Source of the DNA: an uncultured bacterium
Lineage (GTDB): Bacteria; Desulfobacterota_D; UBA1144; Nemesobacterales; UBA2774
Assembly: GCA_963825135.1 (NCBI GenBank)
Contig: CAWGRW010000009.1
Span: 1,824,001-1,888,000, forward strand
Direction: 5' to 3'
DNA: 64,000 bases
The notes below the pieces were generated by a model. It worked only from the letters and a program-made list of their open reading frames with translations, did not search any database and was not told where the DNA came from. This document shows, piece after piece, positions 49,468 through 60,729 of the stretch. Every line of letters begins with the position of its first letter. Positions within the stretch are counted from its first letter, which is position 1. The position numbers and the translations under genes were made by a program.

Positions 49468-51134
49468 ATGAGAGGTTCGACCAAATCCATCACATTTCAC
49501 GTTTTGCTTGCAGTGACTATTCTGTCCCTTTATAGTCCGATGAACTCCCATGCGTCACTCTTCTCCGGATCCTCCATGTCGTCGGGTGGTTCTTCCACTC
49601 CGTCCGGAAGCTCTAAATTACCTCCCGGCACTAAGTATTATTCGATTCAAGATACCTACGTTGATCAGCGAAAAACGAACCTGAGCTTCGGTTCAAATTC
49701 CACTATTCAGATTAAATCCAGAAGTAGCCAGGTGAAGCAGGGACTCGTTAAATTTAACATTTCCGGAATCCCCGCAGGCGCCAAGATTACAAAGGCGACG
49801 ATATCACTATATGTCGCAAAAAAGAGCGGATCCGGCAATTCGGTGGCTGTTTACGAGGCTCTCGGAAACTGGAACAGATCTACGACCTGGAACCAAAAAC
49901 CTCCGATTGCCTCTTCGAGTGAAGCGAGTATGTCCGTTAGTAAAACCGGAAGTTACTACAATATGAGTGTTACAGGCCTGGTTCAGGATTGGGTAAATGG
50001 AACTGAGGAAAACAATGGAATATATGTTGTTGCAAGAAACGGAGAAATGTACTTTTACAGCGGAGAAAGCAAGAAGAACAAACCGGTTTTGACCGTTGAG
50101 TATACAAAAGGTGGACCGTCCGCGACGCCCGCTCCGACACCGGTCCCGTCGCCCGCTCCGACGCCGGCCCCGACGCCCGCACCGTCCCCCGCTCCGACGC
50201 CCGCTCCAACGCCCGCCCGACGCCCGCTCCAACACCGGCCCCGGACACGATAAAAGTCGGGGATAAGGTTGTGGAACCCGGCCAGTCCATACAATCGGCC
50301 ATCGGCGCTGCGTCAAGCGGACAGACCGTCTGGGTTAAATCCGGTACCTGGACCCTAAACGCACAGCTTGTAATGAAATACGGGGTAAGCGTTAAAGCCT
50401 ATCCGGGAATGGAGGCATACGATTGGGATACCGACACCATTAATCCGTCCCACCCGTACATCATTCCGGGCACCTGTTCGCATTGTGGTATAAGATGGGA
50501 ACGAGGTCAGGGAAACAATGAGTTCTCGGGGTTTGAAGTTGCCGGCGGGTATTCCGGCATAGATATCCATGCCGACAACGTGATCGTGAGCGACAACTGG
50601 ATTCACGATACCGACTATACGAGTATATTCATAGCGAGCTCGAGTAATATTCTGGTCGAGCACAACAAAACGGAGCGTGACGGACAGCATTGTGAAGGAT
50701 GGACGAATCCAAATGACGGCACCCAGATAAGCCCGCGTCACTGCCATTCCGTTTACTTGAGCAACGTCGCCGGTTACTGCGGCATGACGAATGTTACGGT
50801 CAGGGAAAATTACCTGTCGGATTCAGGGGGCAGCGCGGTGAATTTTAACGGTGATGACTGCGCAAAAGCCGGCGATCAACTCATATCGAATACCCTGATC
50901 GAGCTCAATACGATAGTGGATGTGAAGGTAGGACCCGCTCTCTGGCACGGCACCACCGGGACTGTAATAAGGGATAACAGTATCACGATCCAGCATCCGT
51001 ACACACCTCCGGGCGCCACAAATGATTTGCCTAGCGGAATGATGTGCGGGATAGTGGCCTGGGATGAAGCGCCGACTAAGTCGGGTAATACCTTTGACCT
51101 CAGGGCTGATTATCAACAGTTTTGCCAATATTAG
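49468..51134 (+). pseudogene. Secreted DNRLRE/CBM96 + Pro/Thr linker + right-handed beta-helix protein, split by a 1-nt deletion (555 aa if restored)
   Basis: AAGGAGG RBS and signal peptide; DTYV..NLSFG, VKFNIS.IP..A.I..ATISLY, TWN..P, VTGLVQDWV..NNG and P.L.VEY motifs; one base missing at about 50216 joins ORF 49468-50253 to ORF 50271-51134. Confidence 0.85.
50124..50243 (+). repeat. Degenerate 12-bp tandem repeat encoding a (T/S)PAP linker
   Basis: About 10 copies of ACGCCCGCTCCG-like units, one of them only 11 nt. Confidence 0.9.
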
Positions 51135-51646
51135 CTGTTGTTCTTAAGGTGTAAGGGTAATGCCGAAAAGTGTGCGAGGATCGAGAAAGGCGGCGTATCG
51201 TATGGACCCGCCCCCTTTCTGATTGATGTGTCCGCTCTCGCGCTAACAACACATGAATGCATTTATGACGGTATTTTAGCCTCACCCGAGCAATCTCGAG
51301 GATTCTCTCCCCGAGATATAACACATCCGTCTCAATTGAGAACGTTGCCGTAGCATCGGCCCGCGGCGGATAAGATTCCAAACTGTTGTGTCATGAAATT
51401 CCTTCCTGCATCTCCGGCATTCCCCTCGGTTCCGGATCGGAATAGAGCCGCTTACTAGCTTGAGCGCAAGATTTTTCCCGTGGATGATCCGACTTCAGTA
51501 GTGTACTATATTCGGCGGATGGGGATTAAACAAAAGCACATCGCCGAACACCGGCACTTTAATGTGGTTCTTCCGTTGTCTGTCTGAGAGGTGCGATCTC
51601 GGTGTTTTGCCATGAAACTGTATTGATTTGACGGGGAGCGTTCACA

Positions 51647-52900
51647 ATGAAAGAGCTGTTCACTGTTTTATCGTTCTTTTTCTTATCTCTTACATTTATC
51701 ACGTGCAGCGGGGGGAGTCAGTCGGAAGACACTGGCACTAATACCCAGAATAACAGGGAATTCATCGTGGCCAAGGACGGCAGCGGCGATTATACGACGA
51801 TCCAGGCCGCGGTGGACAACTCCAGGCCGGGAGACACAATACAGGTAAAGGACGGGGTGTACAACGAAGGCGTGAGTTTCAGAACTAGCGGTACGAGCGA
51901 GCGGCCTATAACTCTTATGAATTATGCGGGTCACTCGCCTGTGATAGATCCGGGCGGCGGCGCATACCCCCCCGACTACTCACACAGGGTGGAATTATGG
52001 GCGGAGTGGATAATTATACAAGGGTTCGAGATTAGACACGACTGGGACGGGGTGAAGATTTTTATGCCTCACAACACGATACGCGGGAACTGGATACACC
52101 ATAACAAATATGATGGGATTCTGATTATTTCGACAAATGATGTGTTAATTGAGGGTAATACCATAGAATACAACGGGACAGACCCCAATACCTGCTTAAA
52201 TGGGGAGGGCGTGTCTGATCCGAAGCATTGCCACGCTGTGTATATAAGCGATTATTCGTGCACGGGAGCGTCGGATATTACGATCAGGGGTAACGTACTC
52301 AGTAATCAGGGCGGGAGCGGAGTGAATTTCAACGGGCATGGTTGCTCCAGCAGAATGAAAAACACGCTCATTGAGAACAATATCATTGAAAATACTCACT
52401 ATGGTGTGGGGATGTGGTATAGCGTTCAAGACAGCGTGGTCGTGAACAATACGTTTGTTGTAAAGCAGGTCCCGATCACGGATGCTTCAACTCATGCCTT
52501 TGTGGCGGTATGGGGCAGTACGGGCAATATATTCAAGAACAACATTTTCTATAGTGACAGGGGAGACGTTCAGGGGATTCAGATAAATGATTCAGAGTCC
52601 GCGCAGAATACGTTTGACTACAATTTGTGGAATGTAAACGATGAGACATGGGTCTGGCGCGATAGCTGGAGGTCGGACTTTAGTTCTAATTACAGGGCCG
52701 AGACGGGCTGGGACGGCAATGGTCTGTGTTGTAATGTGGACCCGGGTTTCTATGATCTGTCTTCCGGGATATACCAGCTGAGTTCGGACTCTCCCGCTCG
52801 CGACCAGGGAATAAAGAACATATGCGCACCGTCGGATTTTGACAACGAGAGCAGGACGGACCCTTTCTGCGACATAGGTATGGATGAATACACGGAGTAA
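51647..52900 (+). CDS. Lipoprotein with right-handed parallel beta-helix (pectin lyase fold)
   Basis: FITC lipobox-like signal, VAKDGSGDYTTIQAAVD cap, PbH1 Asn ladders, and C-terminal DP.F..YQL..SPARD.G..DIG..EY tail. Confidence 0.85.
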   Translation: MKELFTVLSFFFLSLTFITCSGGSQSEDTGTNTQNNREFIVAKDGSGDYTTIQAAVDNSRPGDTIQVKDGVYNEGVSFRTSGTSERPITLMNYAGHSPVIDPGGGAYPPDYSHRVELWAEWIIIQGFEIRHDWDGVKIFMPHNTIRGNWIHHNKYDGILIISTNDVLIEGNTIEYNGTDPNTCLNGEGVSDPKHCHAVYISDYSCTGASDITIRGNVLSNQGGSGVNFNGHGCSSRMKNTLIENNIIENTHYGVGMWYSVQDSVVVNNTFVVKQVPITDASTHAFVAVWGSTGNIFKNNIFYSDRGDVQGIQINDSESAQNTFDYNLWNVNDETWVWRDSWRSDFSSNYRAETGWDGNGLCCNVDPGFYDLSSGIYQLSSDSPARDQGIKNICAPSDFDNESRTDPFCDIGMDEYTE

Positions 52901-53287
52901 CATGGCATATAAGACCACAGTCCGGATAAAAGATCCCGACGAGCTGGCTGACACACCTTCTTCCCGCGGCTTCATACGTTATGCCTGGTTTCGAAAGGGA
53001 ACATAGTTGTTTCTGATTGTCATTCCGGCTGATAGGCATTTCTGTGTACCGCCGGTTAGTACGTTCCCCTGTTTTCTCTACCCTCGGGCGCCTTAGAAGC
53101 AGGGATTGGCACCTCCGGTATTTGCGGTGCCGTTGCATCCGACATTACATCAGGCTGTTGAGACCGGATTCTATTAGCCCGCTCCGCAATCCGCCCATAC
53201 CTTCTGTATCAAGGTCTCTTTAAGAACCGCGACTCCGGATTATAAGTACGTGATTCGGCCTGTCGCCTAGTAAACCGGATAAATAAT

Positions 53288-54310
53288 CTAGATTTTGACT
53301 GTGACATTCGCCGGATTATTCAGCTTCTGAATCACTTTTGCCGCTATCGCGCGCAGTTTATATAGAGGATTCTTTTGATAAAGGGACCATTTACGTGAAA
53401 CCGAGTTAAATGATTCTCTTCCTGTAATAAGGTACAAAGCGTCTAAAAGCGATATATGAAGCGAATGATAGAACGGACTGCTTATTGTTCCTAATTGATC
53501 GTAATAAGTCCAAAAACCCGTATCGTACAAATGAAGATTCTTCTCTAAAGTCGTCGAGCAGTCGAAGAAAAAACGCTTCACATCCTCTCCGCCGGTCACG
53601 AGCATAAAATCATACACTCCGAACAATGCGAATATGTAACCGTTAAGCACTGTGCTCCTTGGATACTCCGGATATTCTTCCAGGTATATTTGTTTATCTA
53701 TATAATATGTGCATCCGCCCTCTCCTACAGGTGATATCAGAAACTGATATGCCTTTTCAGACGATTCCATGAATGATTTGTCCTTGGTTATTCGATATGC
53801 CCTTATGAGGACCGATATTGCCTCACCCTGGGCCATTGCCGAGTAATTCGATAAAGAGGTAGGTCTCAGGAATTCCCAGGGGTTTTTCCAACCCCCGTTT
53901 TCATTAATGTTTTGATTGAGCCAGCCCGCCAGTCTTAGAAACGTCCTTTGTTGCTCTGCGTCACTCTTCTCCAGCCATAAATCGTAGGTTCCAAGAGCCA
54001 TCTGTGCTACATGAATGGGGAAATAAACAGTATGACCGTTGGAGAGTGTAACGGTCGGTACGCCGTCGCCGTCTGATTTTCCCTTCCAGTCGGCTTTCAT
54101 GCGGAGATCATTGTAATATCCGGATATGAGGTTTGGGCTAATATGTTTGCCCACTGTCTGGGGAACGTGATAGTAACTCCGTCCCAATAATATTCTAAAC
54201 GATCGAGATATTAGATTGATAAATTGTTGAGTTATATTACGGATCCCCTGCAGGTTATATGATGATGCAATATTATGGGAGAGAGCGTCCAAATCAGCGT
54301 TGGCTGACAT
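53288..54310 (-). CDS. D-glucuronyl C5-epimerase family protein
   Basis: SAMAQGEAISVL.RAY, EEYP..P...VLNG.IFAL.G.YD, YDTGFWTYYD and YH.LH motifs. Confidence 0.9.
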   Translation of the reverse strand: MSANADLDALSHNIASSYNLQGIRNITQQFINLISRSFRILLGRSYYHVPQTVGKHISPNLISGYYNDLRMKADWKGKSDGDGVPTVTLSNGHTVYFPIHVAQMALGTYDLWLEKSDAEQQRTFLRLAGWLNQNINENGGWKNPWEFLRPTSLSNYSAMAQGEAISVLIRAYRITKDKSFMESSEKAYQFLISPVGEGGCTYYIDKQIYLEEYPEYPRSTVLNGYIFALFGVYDFMLVTGGEDVKRFFFDCSTTLEKNLHLYDTGFWTYYDQLGTISSPFYHSLHISLLDALYLITGRESFNSVSRKWSLYQKNPLYKLRAIAAKVIQKLNNPANVTVKI

Positions 54311-54529
54311 CCCTGTTCTATCATAATAGAGTTCAATGTTAATTAGACCTGACTTATTTTCGCCTGTCGTTTTAGCTTATCATAAAACAAATATATTCTA
54401 TCGCATTTAAATGTCGATTGGAAGTGAAACGTGATATTTCATATGCTATATATCTGTCGTCTATGTTTAAGTATAGGGATTTGTCCAACCGGGGTTCGCT
54501 AAACATTCCACGGTAAATAGGCGCATTGT

Positions 54530-55777
54530 CTATTTCTTGTTTATCAGGCCATCCAGGACCCTAAGGTATTCGGCGGCTTTTGCCGCTCTGGAGAATTCGG
54601 CAGTAACGAATACCCTCCCGTTCTCTCCGAGACTTTTTCTTAACTCCGGATCGGAATACATCCTGTCTATACAATCGATAAGACCCTGAACATTCTCGGG
54701 TTCAAAATCGATACCCGCTTTCGCTTTTTCGATAACCAGGTTCCGGGTTTCTCCTGAAGCCCCTACAATTATTGGCTTCCCGCACGCCATAGGCTCGAAG
54801 ACCTTGGCAAATATGGTTTTTTCGAGGAGCGTTGCTTTGCTGGACAGGACAAGCGAAACGTCGGATGAGTTAATATAATAAGGAATCGTTTCTCTCGGCT
54901 GTTGACCCAGGAATACGACATTGCCGAGCTTTTCATCGCGGCTGATTTTCTCAAGCCTTTCCCTGTCGGAACCGTCCCCTATGAGCAGAAATACGAGATC
55001 CGGAAATCTGCGTTCTATCTCTCTCGCCGCTTCCAAAATAACTTTGACCCCATGCGTATAACCAACGGTCCCGATATATGAAACTATAAACTTATCTTTT
55101 AAACCCTCCATTCCCTTTAATGCGGTATTGACTTCAAAGGGTTTGAAAAAATCTGTATCAACGGCGTTTTCAATGATCTTTATTTTTTCAGACGGAATGT
55201 TTCGTCCCGCGACCAAATGCTGCTTGAATGATTCGGTAACGACCACTATCAAGTCGCTCTTATCGTATAGGATCGATGCCATCTTGTCGAATACCTTGTA
55301 AGATATTGAATTCTCGTCGGCTATGCCGACTGCCGGTATCACCTCGGGCCACAGGTCCCTTACCTCGAAGACGAAGAGCGATCGCTTCAGTCTTGCTGAA
55401 ATGAGACCGGCAAGCCCTACGAAAAGGGAAGGTGAAGTGCCGATAACGACGTCGAATCCTTTTAAAAAGCAGGACGAAATAACGGAAGAGAGAAAAAACG
55501 ATACGTAGCTTATGCTTCTTCTGAAAGCGCTCCTCATGTGTGTGGGAAATCCAATCGTTCTAATTACATTTATTCCATTCAGTTGTTCGCGGAAAATGAG
55601 GTACTTAAGTTTATCCCTGTACTCCGTATAAATAATCCCCTGAGGATAATTCGGGAAGGAGGTCAGAACACTTACGCTATGGCCCATGTTTGCCCAATAT
55701 CGTGAAAGCTCGTAGACCCTTGAAGCGCCAGCGCCCATTTCCGGATAGAAGTTTTGAGAGATATAGAGAATTTTCAT
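54530..55777 (-). CDS. GT4 glycosyltransferase (WbuB-like)
   Basis: SQNFYPE, PNYP.G, EVRDLWPE and KVFE.MACGKPI. Confidence 0.92.
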   Translation of the reverse strand: MKILYISQNFYPEMGAGASRVYELSRYWANMGHSVSVLTSFPNYPQGIIYTEYRDKLKYLIFREQLNGINVIRTIGFPTHMRSAFRRSISYVSFFLSSVISSCFLKGFDVVIGTSPSLFVGLAGLISARLKRSLFVFEVRDLWPEVIPAVGIADENSISYKVFDKMASILYDKSDLIVVVTESFKQHLVAGRNIPSEKIKIIENAVDTDFFKPFEVNTALKGMEGLKDKFIVSYIGTVGYTHGVKVILEAAREIERRFPDLVFLLIGDGSDRERLEKISRDEKLGNVVFLGQQPRETIPYYINSSDVSLVLSSKATLLEKTIFAKVFEPMACGKPIIVGASGETRNLVIEKAKAGIDFEPENVQGLIDCIDRMYSDPELRKSLGENGRVFVTAEFSRAAKAAEYLRVLDGLINKK

Positions 55778-56904
55778 TTGTGTGAGTGGTTTAATTCCTG
55801 ATGTATAAGGGTGGCGTATAGATTCTCTATTTTCTCTATCATCGACTCTTGAGTAAAATTCTGTTCGAGTATAGAGAAACCATTTCGACCCATCCGGCTT
55901 CTTAATTTACTATCTTTAAGAAGCGCGGATATTCCTTCCGCCATGGCTCTGTGGTCGCCTGGTTCAACAAGAAAACCGTTGATACCGTCTTTCACGACTT
56001 CGGGAATTCCACCGACATTAGTAGCTACAATGGGTATGGCAAAGGCCATATATTCCAATAGGACTATGCCCAGTCCCTCCTGAGTGGAAGACAAACACCC
56101 TATGTCCAATACCGAAATGACCTTTGAGGCATCTTCGACGAAACCTGTAAATATGATACTGTCCGAGATGCCGAGAGCTTCTGAGAAATCCTCCATCTCT
56201 TTTTTCGTGCTGCCTTCTCCTACCAGTAGAAAAGTCACGTGACTGTCGCTTTTTAATACTTCCCGGGCTGCAAGCAAAAAAGTTCCGTGATCTTTTTCTT
56301 TGCTGAAACGAGCGATCATGCCAACTATCGGTCCGGATTCTCTCATACCGTACCTTTTTCTGAAATCATCGATTGAATCAACCTTCGGCACGTGAATGTT
56401 TATACCATTATGGATTGTTATACATTTATCCGGGAAAGCTCCTATTTTATTCAGGAAAAGAGTACGTTCGTAATCGGACACAAAAATAATTTTATTAGAG
56501 AGCTTGCTGACGATCTTATCCATGAACAGGTGTATCCGGTTGGCATAGATCTGACCGTGTTTATGCGCTATTATAATGGACACACCCGCGATCCAGCCTA
56601 TCAATCCTCCCCAGAAATTTGATCCCAGCTTGTGTGAATGAATGATCTTGATATTATGTTTCTTGATTATTCTGAAGATTCGATAAAATTTGATTATGTC
56701 GTAAAAACGTTTCCTTTTAATCACATAGTACTCAATTCGACGATCTTTCAAGATATCTTCCATGCTTCCGCCGAGCCTGGTTGAACAGAAGATTGGTATG
56801 TATTTCCCGGATCTTTTCAATGAGATCGCTATATCCAACGCAATCTTTTCCGCTCCTCCACCGGGGGATAACGAATCTAAAAGAAATAGAACTTTTTCAG
56901 GCAT
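55774..56904 (-). CDS. GT4 glycosyltransferase
   Basis: GGAEK, IHNGI, EKDH and EGLGIVLLEYMA..P.VATNVGG. Confidence 0.92.
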   Translation of the reverse strand: MPEKVLFLLDSLSPGGGAEKIALDIAISLKRSGKYIPIFCSTRLGGSMEDILKDRRIEYYVIKRKRFYDIIKFYRIFRIIKKHNIKIIHSHKLGSNFWGGLIGWIAGVSIIIAHKHGQIYANRIHLFMDKIVSKLSNKIIFVSDYERTLFLNKIGAFPDKCITIHNGINIHVPKVDSIDDFRKRYGMRESGPIVGMIARFSKEKDHGTFLLAAREVLKSDSHVTFLLVGEGSTKKEMEDFSEALGISDSIIFTGFVEDASKVISVLDIGCLSSTQEGLGIVLLEYMAFAIPIVATNVGGIPEVVKDGINGFLVEPGDHRAMAEGISALLKDSKLRSRMGRNGFSILEQNFTQESMIEKIENLYATLIHQELNHSHK

Positions 56905-57106
56905 GATGAACTAGTCTTGATCAATGATTGTAAATATGGCACTTGGAGGTCGTCCTTGCGTTCATTTCTATAAATATTCCGAGGACGTACAACCCGTCAC
57001 CGCGTCATTGTATGGATATAGTCGATGGTGAAACGCATCATATTGCGGGTCGGGCTTTCTCCGCTATTGTGCTTACAACGTATACAAAAGCCGAATCTCA
57101 TGTCTT

Positions 57107-58549
57107 TTACCTATCGCTGATTAAGAAAGGGTACCCCCTTGACCCGCTTCTCGACGGTATATCGGTTTTCTTTACACTTGGGGTGATCTCACGAATAGCG
57201 GCCAAATTAACCAGTACTGAGGATAACGATATCAAAAGCCAGACGGTTTTGTTTATGTCCAGCGTGTAAAATTGACCCACTACGACATTTGCTATAAATC
57301 CCAACTCGAGTGCGTTTGAATAATATAATAGATACGTTCCATCTTCGTCGGTGTTCGAGATGTTCTGGACTCTTTTTAGATCTCTCCATGTGAGGAAGAT
57401 AATCAGCACAAATGGAATAAGCCCGACTATTCCGGTACCTGTTACGACCTCAAGGAACATATTATGAGAGATCTCTTTGTATGGATTATAAAATATAAAT
57501 CCCCTGAACCCCACTCCGAAAAGAGGGTGAGCTTTGAATATTTCCGGTCCTATTTTGAAATAATACTGGAACCTTTTGTTAAGAGAGCTTTCCGAACGCA
57601 CTGATTGTTCGCTTTTAACTATTCTTAAACTCTCGACTCTTGATAGAATGCTGTCGGCAACGGTTAAATAAATTGCTATGAAAGCTATAATAACGCAGGG
57701 TACTACTATTGCCAATATTTTACCTCTATTTTTTCCTCTGATTAATTTAAACATGGACAGTAATAAAATTACGGAGAACGCGATATAACCCGACCTCGAA
57801 TACGTGAATATAAAACCGACGAATAGAATTGCGCAGCAGACTATGGACGAAATCTTTATGATCTGTTTTTTGGCGGTAAAGATAACAGCTACGCAAATAG
57901 AAATTACAGCTAATAGAAGCGCGGCAAATTCGTTCTGGTCCCCCGAAAGACCTCCGTAGCGTACCAAATTATACGACTTCTCGATGTCCCCGTGTCCAAA
58001 GACGATCGGGCTCAGTACAGATATAACCGATCCAAGAATTATGGCATAAAATGTATAATTCAGGGTCTTAATGTTTCTTATCATCATTACAAGTACAAAA
58101 TATAATATTATCAACAGCCATAGTTTAGTCAGCCATTTAACAACATAAGTTAGGTCTTTGGAGTAAGTAATTGAAAACAAAGAGATTATTCCGAATAAAA
58201 GTATACAAAGCACTTTTTTGTTTCTAAAAACCTCGGATATGTATTTAAGAGAGCCACTGGTTACTGCTAGAAACACTAAGTAAATGCCAATGAGCTTATT
58301 CAATGTTGAAGGGGCGTTGCTGCCGCCAAGCAGGAACAGCTCTTCCATAGGAAGTAGAAAGAAAAATATGGATAATGCTATCCAAGGCCTATTAACGGTT
58401 ATTACAAGAAAAGGGACTCCAAGCGCCAAGACAATCAATTCCTTGGACAATCCGTTCATCCCGACATAAATTCCTAATGCTATTCCCAGGAATATTAAAG
58501 ACAGGAATATTATTTGGAACGTCCGGTCATGTAGTCTGAGACGATTCAT
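57107..58549 (-). CDS. O-antigen ligase / Wzy polymerase family membrane protein
   Basis: About 12 TM segments; D.N.FA, TYSRSG, HPLFGVG and HNMFLE...GIVG. Confidence 0.87.
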   Translation of the reverse strand: MNRLRLHDRTFQIIFLSLIFLGIALGIYVGMNGLSKELIVLALGVPFLVITVNRPWIALSIFFFLLPMEELFLLGGSNAPSTLNKLIGIYLVFLAVTSGSLKYISEVFRNKKVLCILLFGIISLFSITYSKDLTYVVKWLTKLWLLIILYFVLVMMIRNIKTLNYTFYAIILGSVISVLSPIVFGHGDIEKSYNLVRYGGLSGDQNEFAALLLAVISICVAVIFTAKKQIIKISSIVCCAILFVGFIFTYSRSGYIAFSVILLLSMFKLIRGKNRGKILAIVVPCVIIAFIAIYLTVADSILSRVESLRIVKSEQSVRSESSLNKRFQYYFKIGPEIFKAHPLFGVGFRGFIFYNPYKEISHNMFLEVVTGTGIVGLIPFVLIIFLTWRDLKRVQNISNTDEDGTYLLYYSNALELGFIANVVVGQFYTLDINKTVWLLISLSSVLVNLAAIREITPSVKKTDIPSRSGSRGYPFLISDR

Positions 58550-58598
58550 TGTTGCCTATTATTCACTTTCTATAAATTATACTTTATGTTTGATATAA

Positions 58599-59735
58599 TC
58601 ATATCTTACCTGTATCAATGAAATTTTCGTATATTTTTATTTCCTTTAATACCCTGCCGTTCAGATCGAAGTACGTTTCTATCCTTTTTCTCCCTTTGAT
58701 GCCCATCGAACGAGCTCTCTCTTCATTTTCCAGGAGCGAGACAATAGATACGGCTAGGGAATTTGGGTCTCTGGGGGCCGCCAGAAGCCCCGTGACCCCG
58801 TCTTGAAGTATCTCGGGTATCCCATCGACATTCGTTGCCACTACAGCTTTCGTCATTGCCATGGCTTCCAGAACAGCCAAACCAAACGGCTCCGCTAATG
58901 AAGGCAGTACAGATAGGTACGAGCAATTCAATAGGTCGGGAACGTCGTTTCTTATGCCCAAAAAATGAACGTGTCCCCCTACACCTAAGGCATTAGCCAT
59001 ATTAATTAATTCGCCTTCTAACGGTCCCCCCCCGCAGAAGATGAAATGAGTATCCTTATATTTGCTAATTATGCCGGGTATAGCGCGTAGTAAATATTCC
59101 AGGCCCTTTTCGGGACGAGCCGACGCCACTGTGATTATTATTTTGGCGCTTTCACTAAGCCCGATTTCTTTATGGAGTGAAAAATCGTTCTCCTTAGTAT
59201 TATATCTCTCCAGACTTACCCCGTTATGAAGTACCAGAATCTTGTTGGGGGACGTATGTAAATTGGACGTTAAATCTTTCATCACTGCATATGAAACAGC
59301 GAATACCTTTTGCGATAAAATAGAGCTGATATTGGCTTTCACCATGCTAAGTAGCCCTACCGGTCGGCTGTTCTGAGACGAAGTCGAGTGAATGGTAATA
59401 AATGCAGGTGTACGCGTCAGGAAACCGACGAGGGTTGCGTAATGTGATTGGGGATGGAATTGGCCCTGAATAATATCTGGTCTGTATTTGTGAACTAGTT
59501 GTATGAGAAAATAAAGAGAGCGGAGGAAAGCATAGATCCCCTTGAGTCGTTCATGGATAAAATATGGACAATCGTATTCGCTTAATTTCATCTTGATGTA
59601 TGGGTGCGGTTCTCCTTCAAAAACAAATACTGTACGGTGTCCTCGCTCCTTCATCATGTTCGCAAAAGTTAGAATATAATCCTCAAAGCCTCCGAGCTTC
59701 TTGGGATGGATTCCTAATATTTGAAGTACAGTCAT
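58599..59735 (-). CDS. GT4 glycosyltransferase
   Basis: HNGV, EKG, G.RNDV and EPFGLAVLEAMA. Confidence 0.92.
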   Translation of the reverse strand: MTVLQILGIHPKKLGGFEDYILTFANMMKERGHRTVFVFEGEPHPYIKMKLSEYDCPYFIHERLKGIYAFLRSLYFLIQLVHKYRPDIIQGQFHPQSHYATLVGFLTRTPAFITIHSTSSQNSRPVGLLSMVKANISSILSQKVFAVSYAVMKDLTSNLHTSPNKILVLHNGVSLERYNTKENDFSLHKEIGLSESAKIIITVASARPEKGLEYLLRAIPGIISKYKDTHFIFCGGGPLEGELINMANALGVGGHVHFLGIRNDVPDLLNCSYLSVLPSLAEPFGLAVLEAMAMTKAVVATNVDGIPEILQDGVTGLLAAPRDPNSLAVSIVSLLENEERARSMGIKGRKRIETYFDLNGRVLKEIKIYENFIDTGKI

Positions 59736-59753
59736 TGTCGGAGTTCTTACCCA

Positions 59754-60695
59754 TTAATTCGCTTTTCTATATGTTGAAATGTATTTTTTCGCAGATTGCA
59801 GCATCGACTTTTTGAAAGCGTTGATTTTAGTAAACGCTGAGTGCCCAAACAGCGAAATTATTAAATTATAGTAAATTCTGATATCGAGGGGATTGAGTTT
59901 GAAGGCACTCATTAACGCTTTCCTGCCTTCTTTTACGTTTCCGCTATTACAGTATGTGACCCCGATCTTAAACCAATGATTACTGAGAGTTTTGTTGTCT
60001 GAAGCATATATATCATAGTGTTGTGTCATCAATCTCTCTAATCCTTTTATTAGCCTCATATTATTTCTACTGATGGAATTCTCAGTAATATAATAGTTGA
60101 CGAGAGGTTCCCTTACATAATCGAATTCGAATCTCTGAGCGATTCTTATCCACATATCGTTATCGCTCGCACTTTGATATTCAGCATCGAAAAGCCCGAC
60201 CTCATCAAAACAATGCTTCTTTACAATTACGGACGAAGTAGTAATAAAGTTATTCAGAAGCAATTCCCGCAAGATATTTCCGCTATACCGGGGAATCTTT
60301 GTTTCGACGATGCGACCCAGCTTGTCATCGAGTGAGTTTATACCGGTATAGACGGCACCCAGTTTATCCGGGCTTCCTTCGAGTAACCTTATTTGCTTTT
60401 CAAGCTTTGAAGGTAGCCATTCATCATCATCATCGAGGAACGCGATATACTCTCCTTTCGAGCTCTTTACGGCATTATTCCTCAACACGGCTACACCATT
60501 GTTATTATCACACCGTGTAAATCTTATCCTGTCATCTGAAAAGTCCTCTACAGCCTGGGGGGTATTGTCCGTGGACGCGTCGTCGGATACGAGAATTTCA
60601 AAATCGCTATAGGTTTGATTGAGGACGCTCTTAATCGCTCTTTTCACCAGCTCGGCACGGTTACATGTAGGTATAATCACGCTCACTTTAGGCAT
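59754..60695 (-). CDS. GT2 glycosyltransferase
   Basis: VSVIIPT.NR, DDASTD, AFLDDDD and DNDMWIR; similar to 5215-6153. Confidence 0.92.
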   Translation of the reverse strand: MPKVSVIIPTCNRAELVKRAIKSVLNQTYSDFEILVSDDASTDNTPQAVEDFSDDRIRFTRCDNNNGVAVLRNNAVKSSKGEYIAFLDDDDEWLPSKLEKQIRLLEGSPDKLGAVYTGINSLDDKLGRIVETKIPRYSGNILRELLLNNFITTSSVIVKKHCFDEVGLFDAEYQSASDNDMWIRIAQRFEFDYVREPLVNYYITENSISRNNMRLIKGLERLMTQHYDIYASDNKTLSNHWFKIGVTYCNSGNVKEGRKALMSAFKLNPLDIRIYYNLIISLFGHSAFTKINAFKKSMLQSAKKYISTYRKAN

Positions 60696-60729
60696 CGTAG
60701 TAAATTATATAACCAAACGCGGCAGCTTG

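Noticed and set aside
50124..50243. CRISPR array
   Set aside because: These are contiguous 12-bp coding repeats without spacers, and no cas genes are in the window
51551..51568. Second sigma54 promoter before the beta-helix lipoprotein (CCGGCAC...)
   Set aside because: No GC at the -12 position (GG-N10-TG)
51135..51646. Short ORFs and hairpins in the long intergenic region
   Set aside because: No RBS or motif support; hairpins such as AGAAAGG/CCTTTCT and AACACCG/CGGTGTT are compatible with ordinary terminators or chance
52901..53287. ORFs 52686-53138 and 53017-53223 in the convergent gap
   Set aside because: They overlap real genes or have non-protein-like composition
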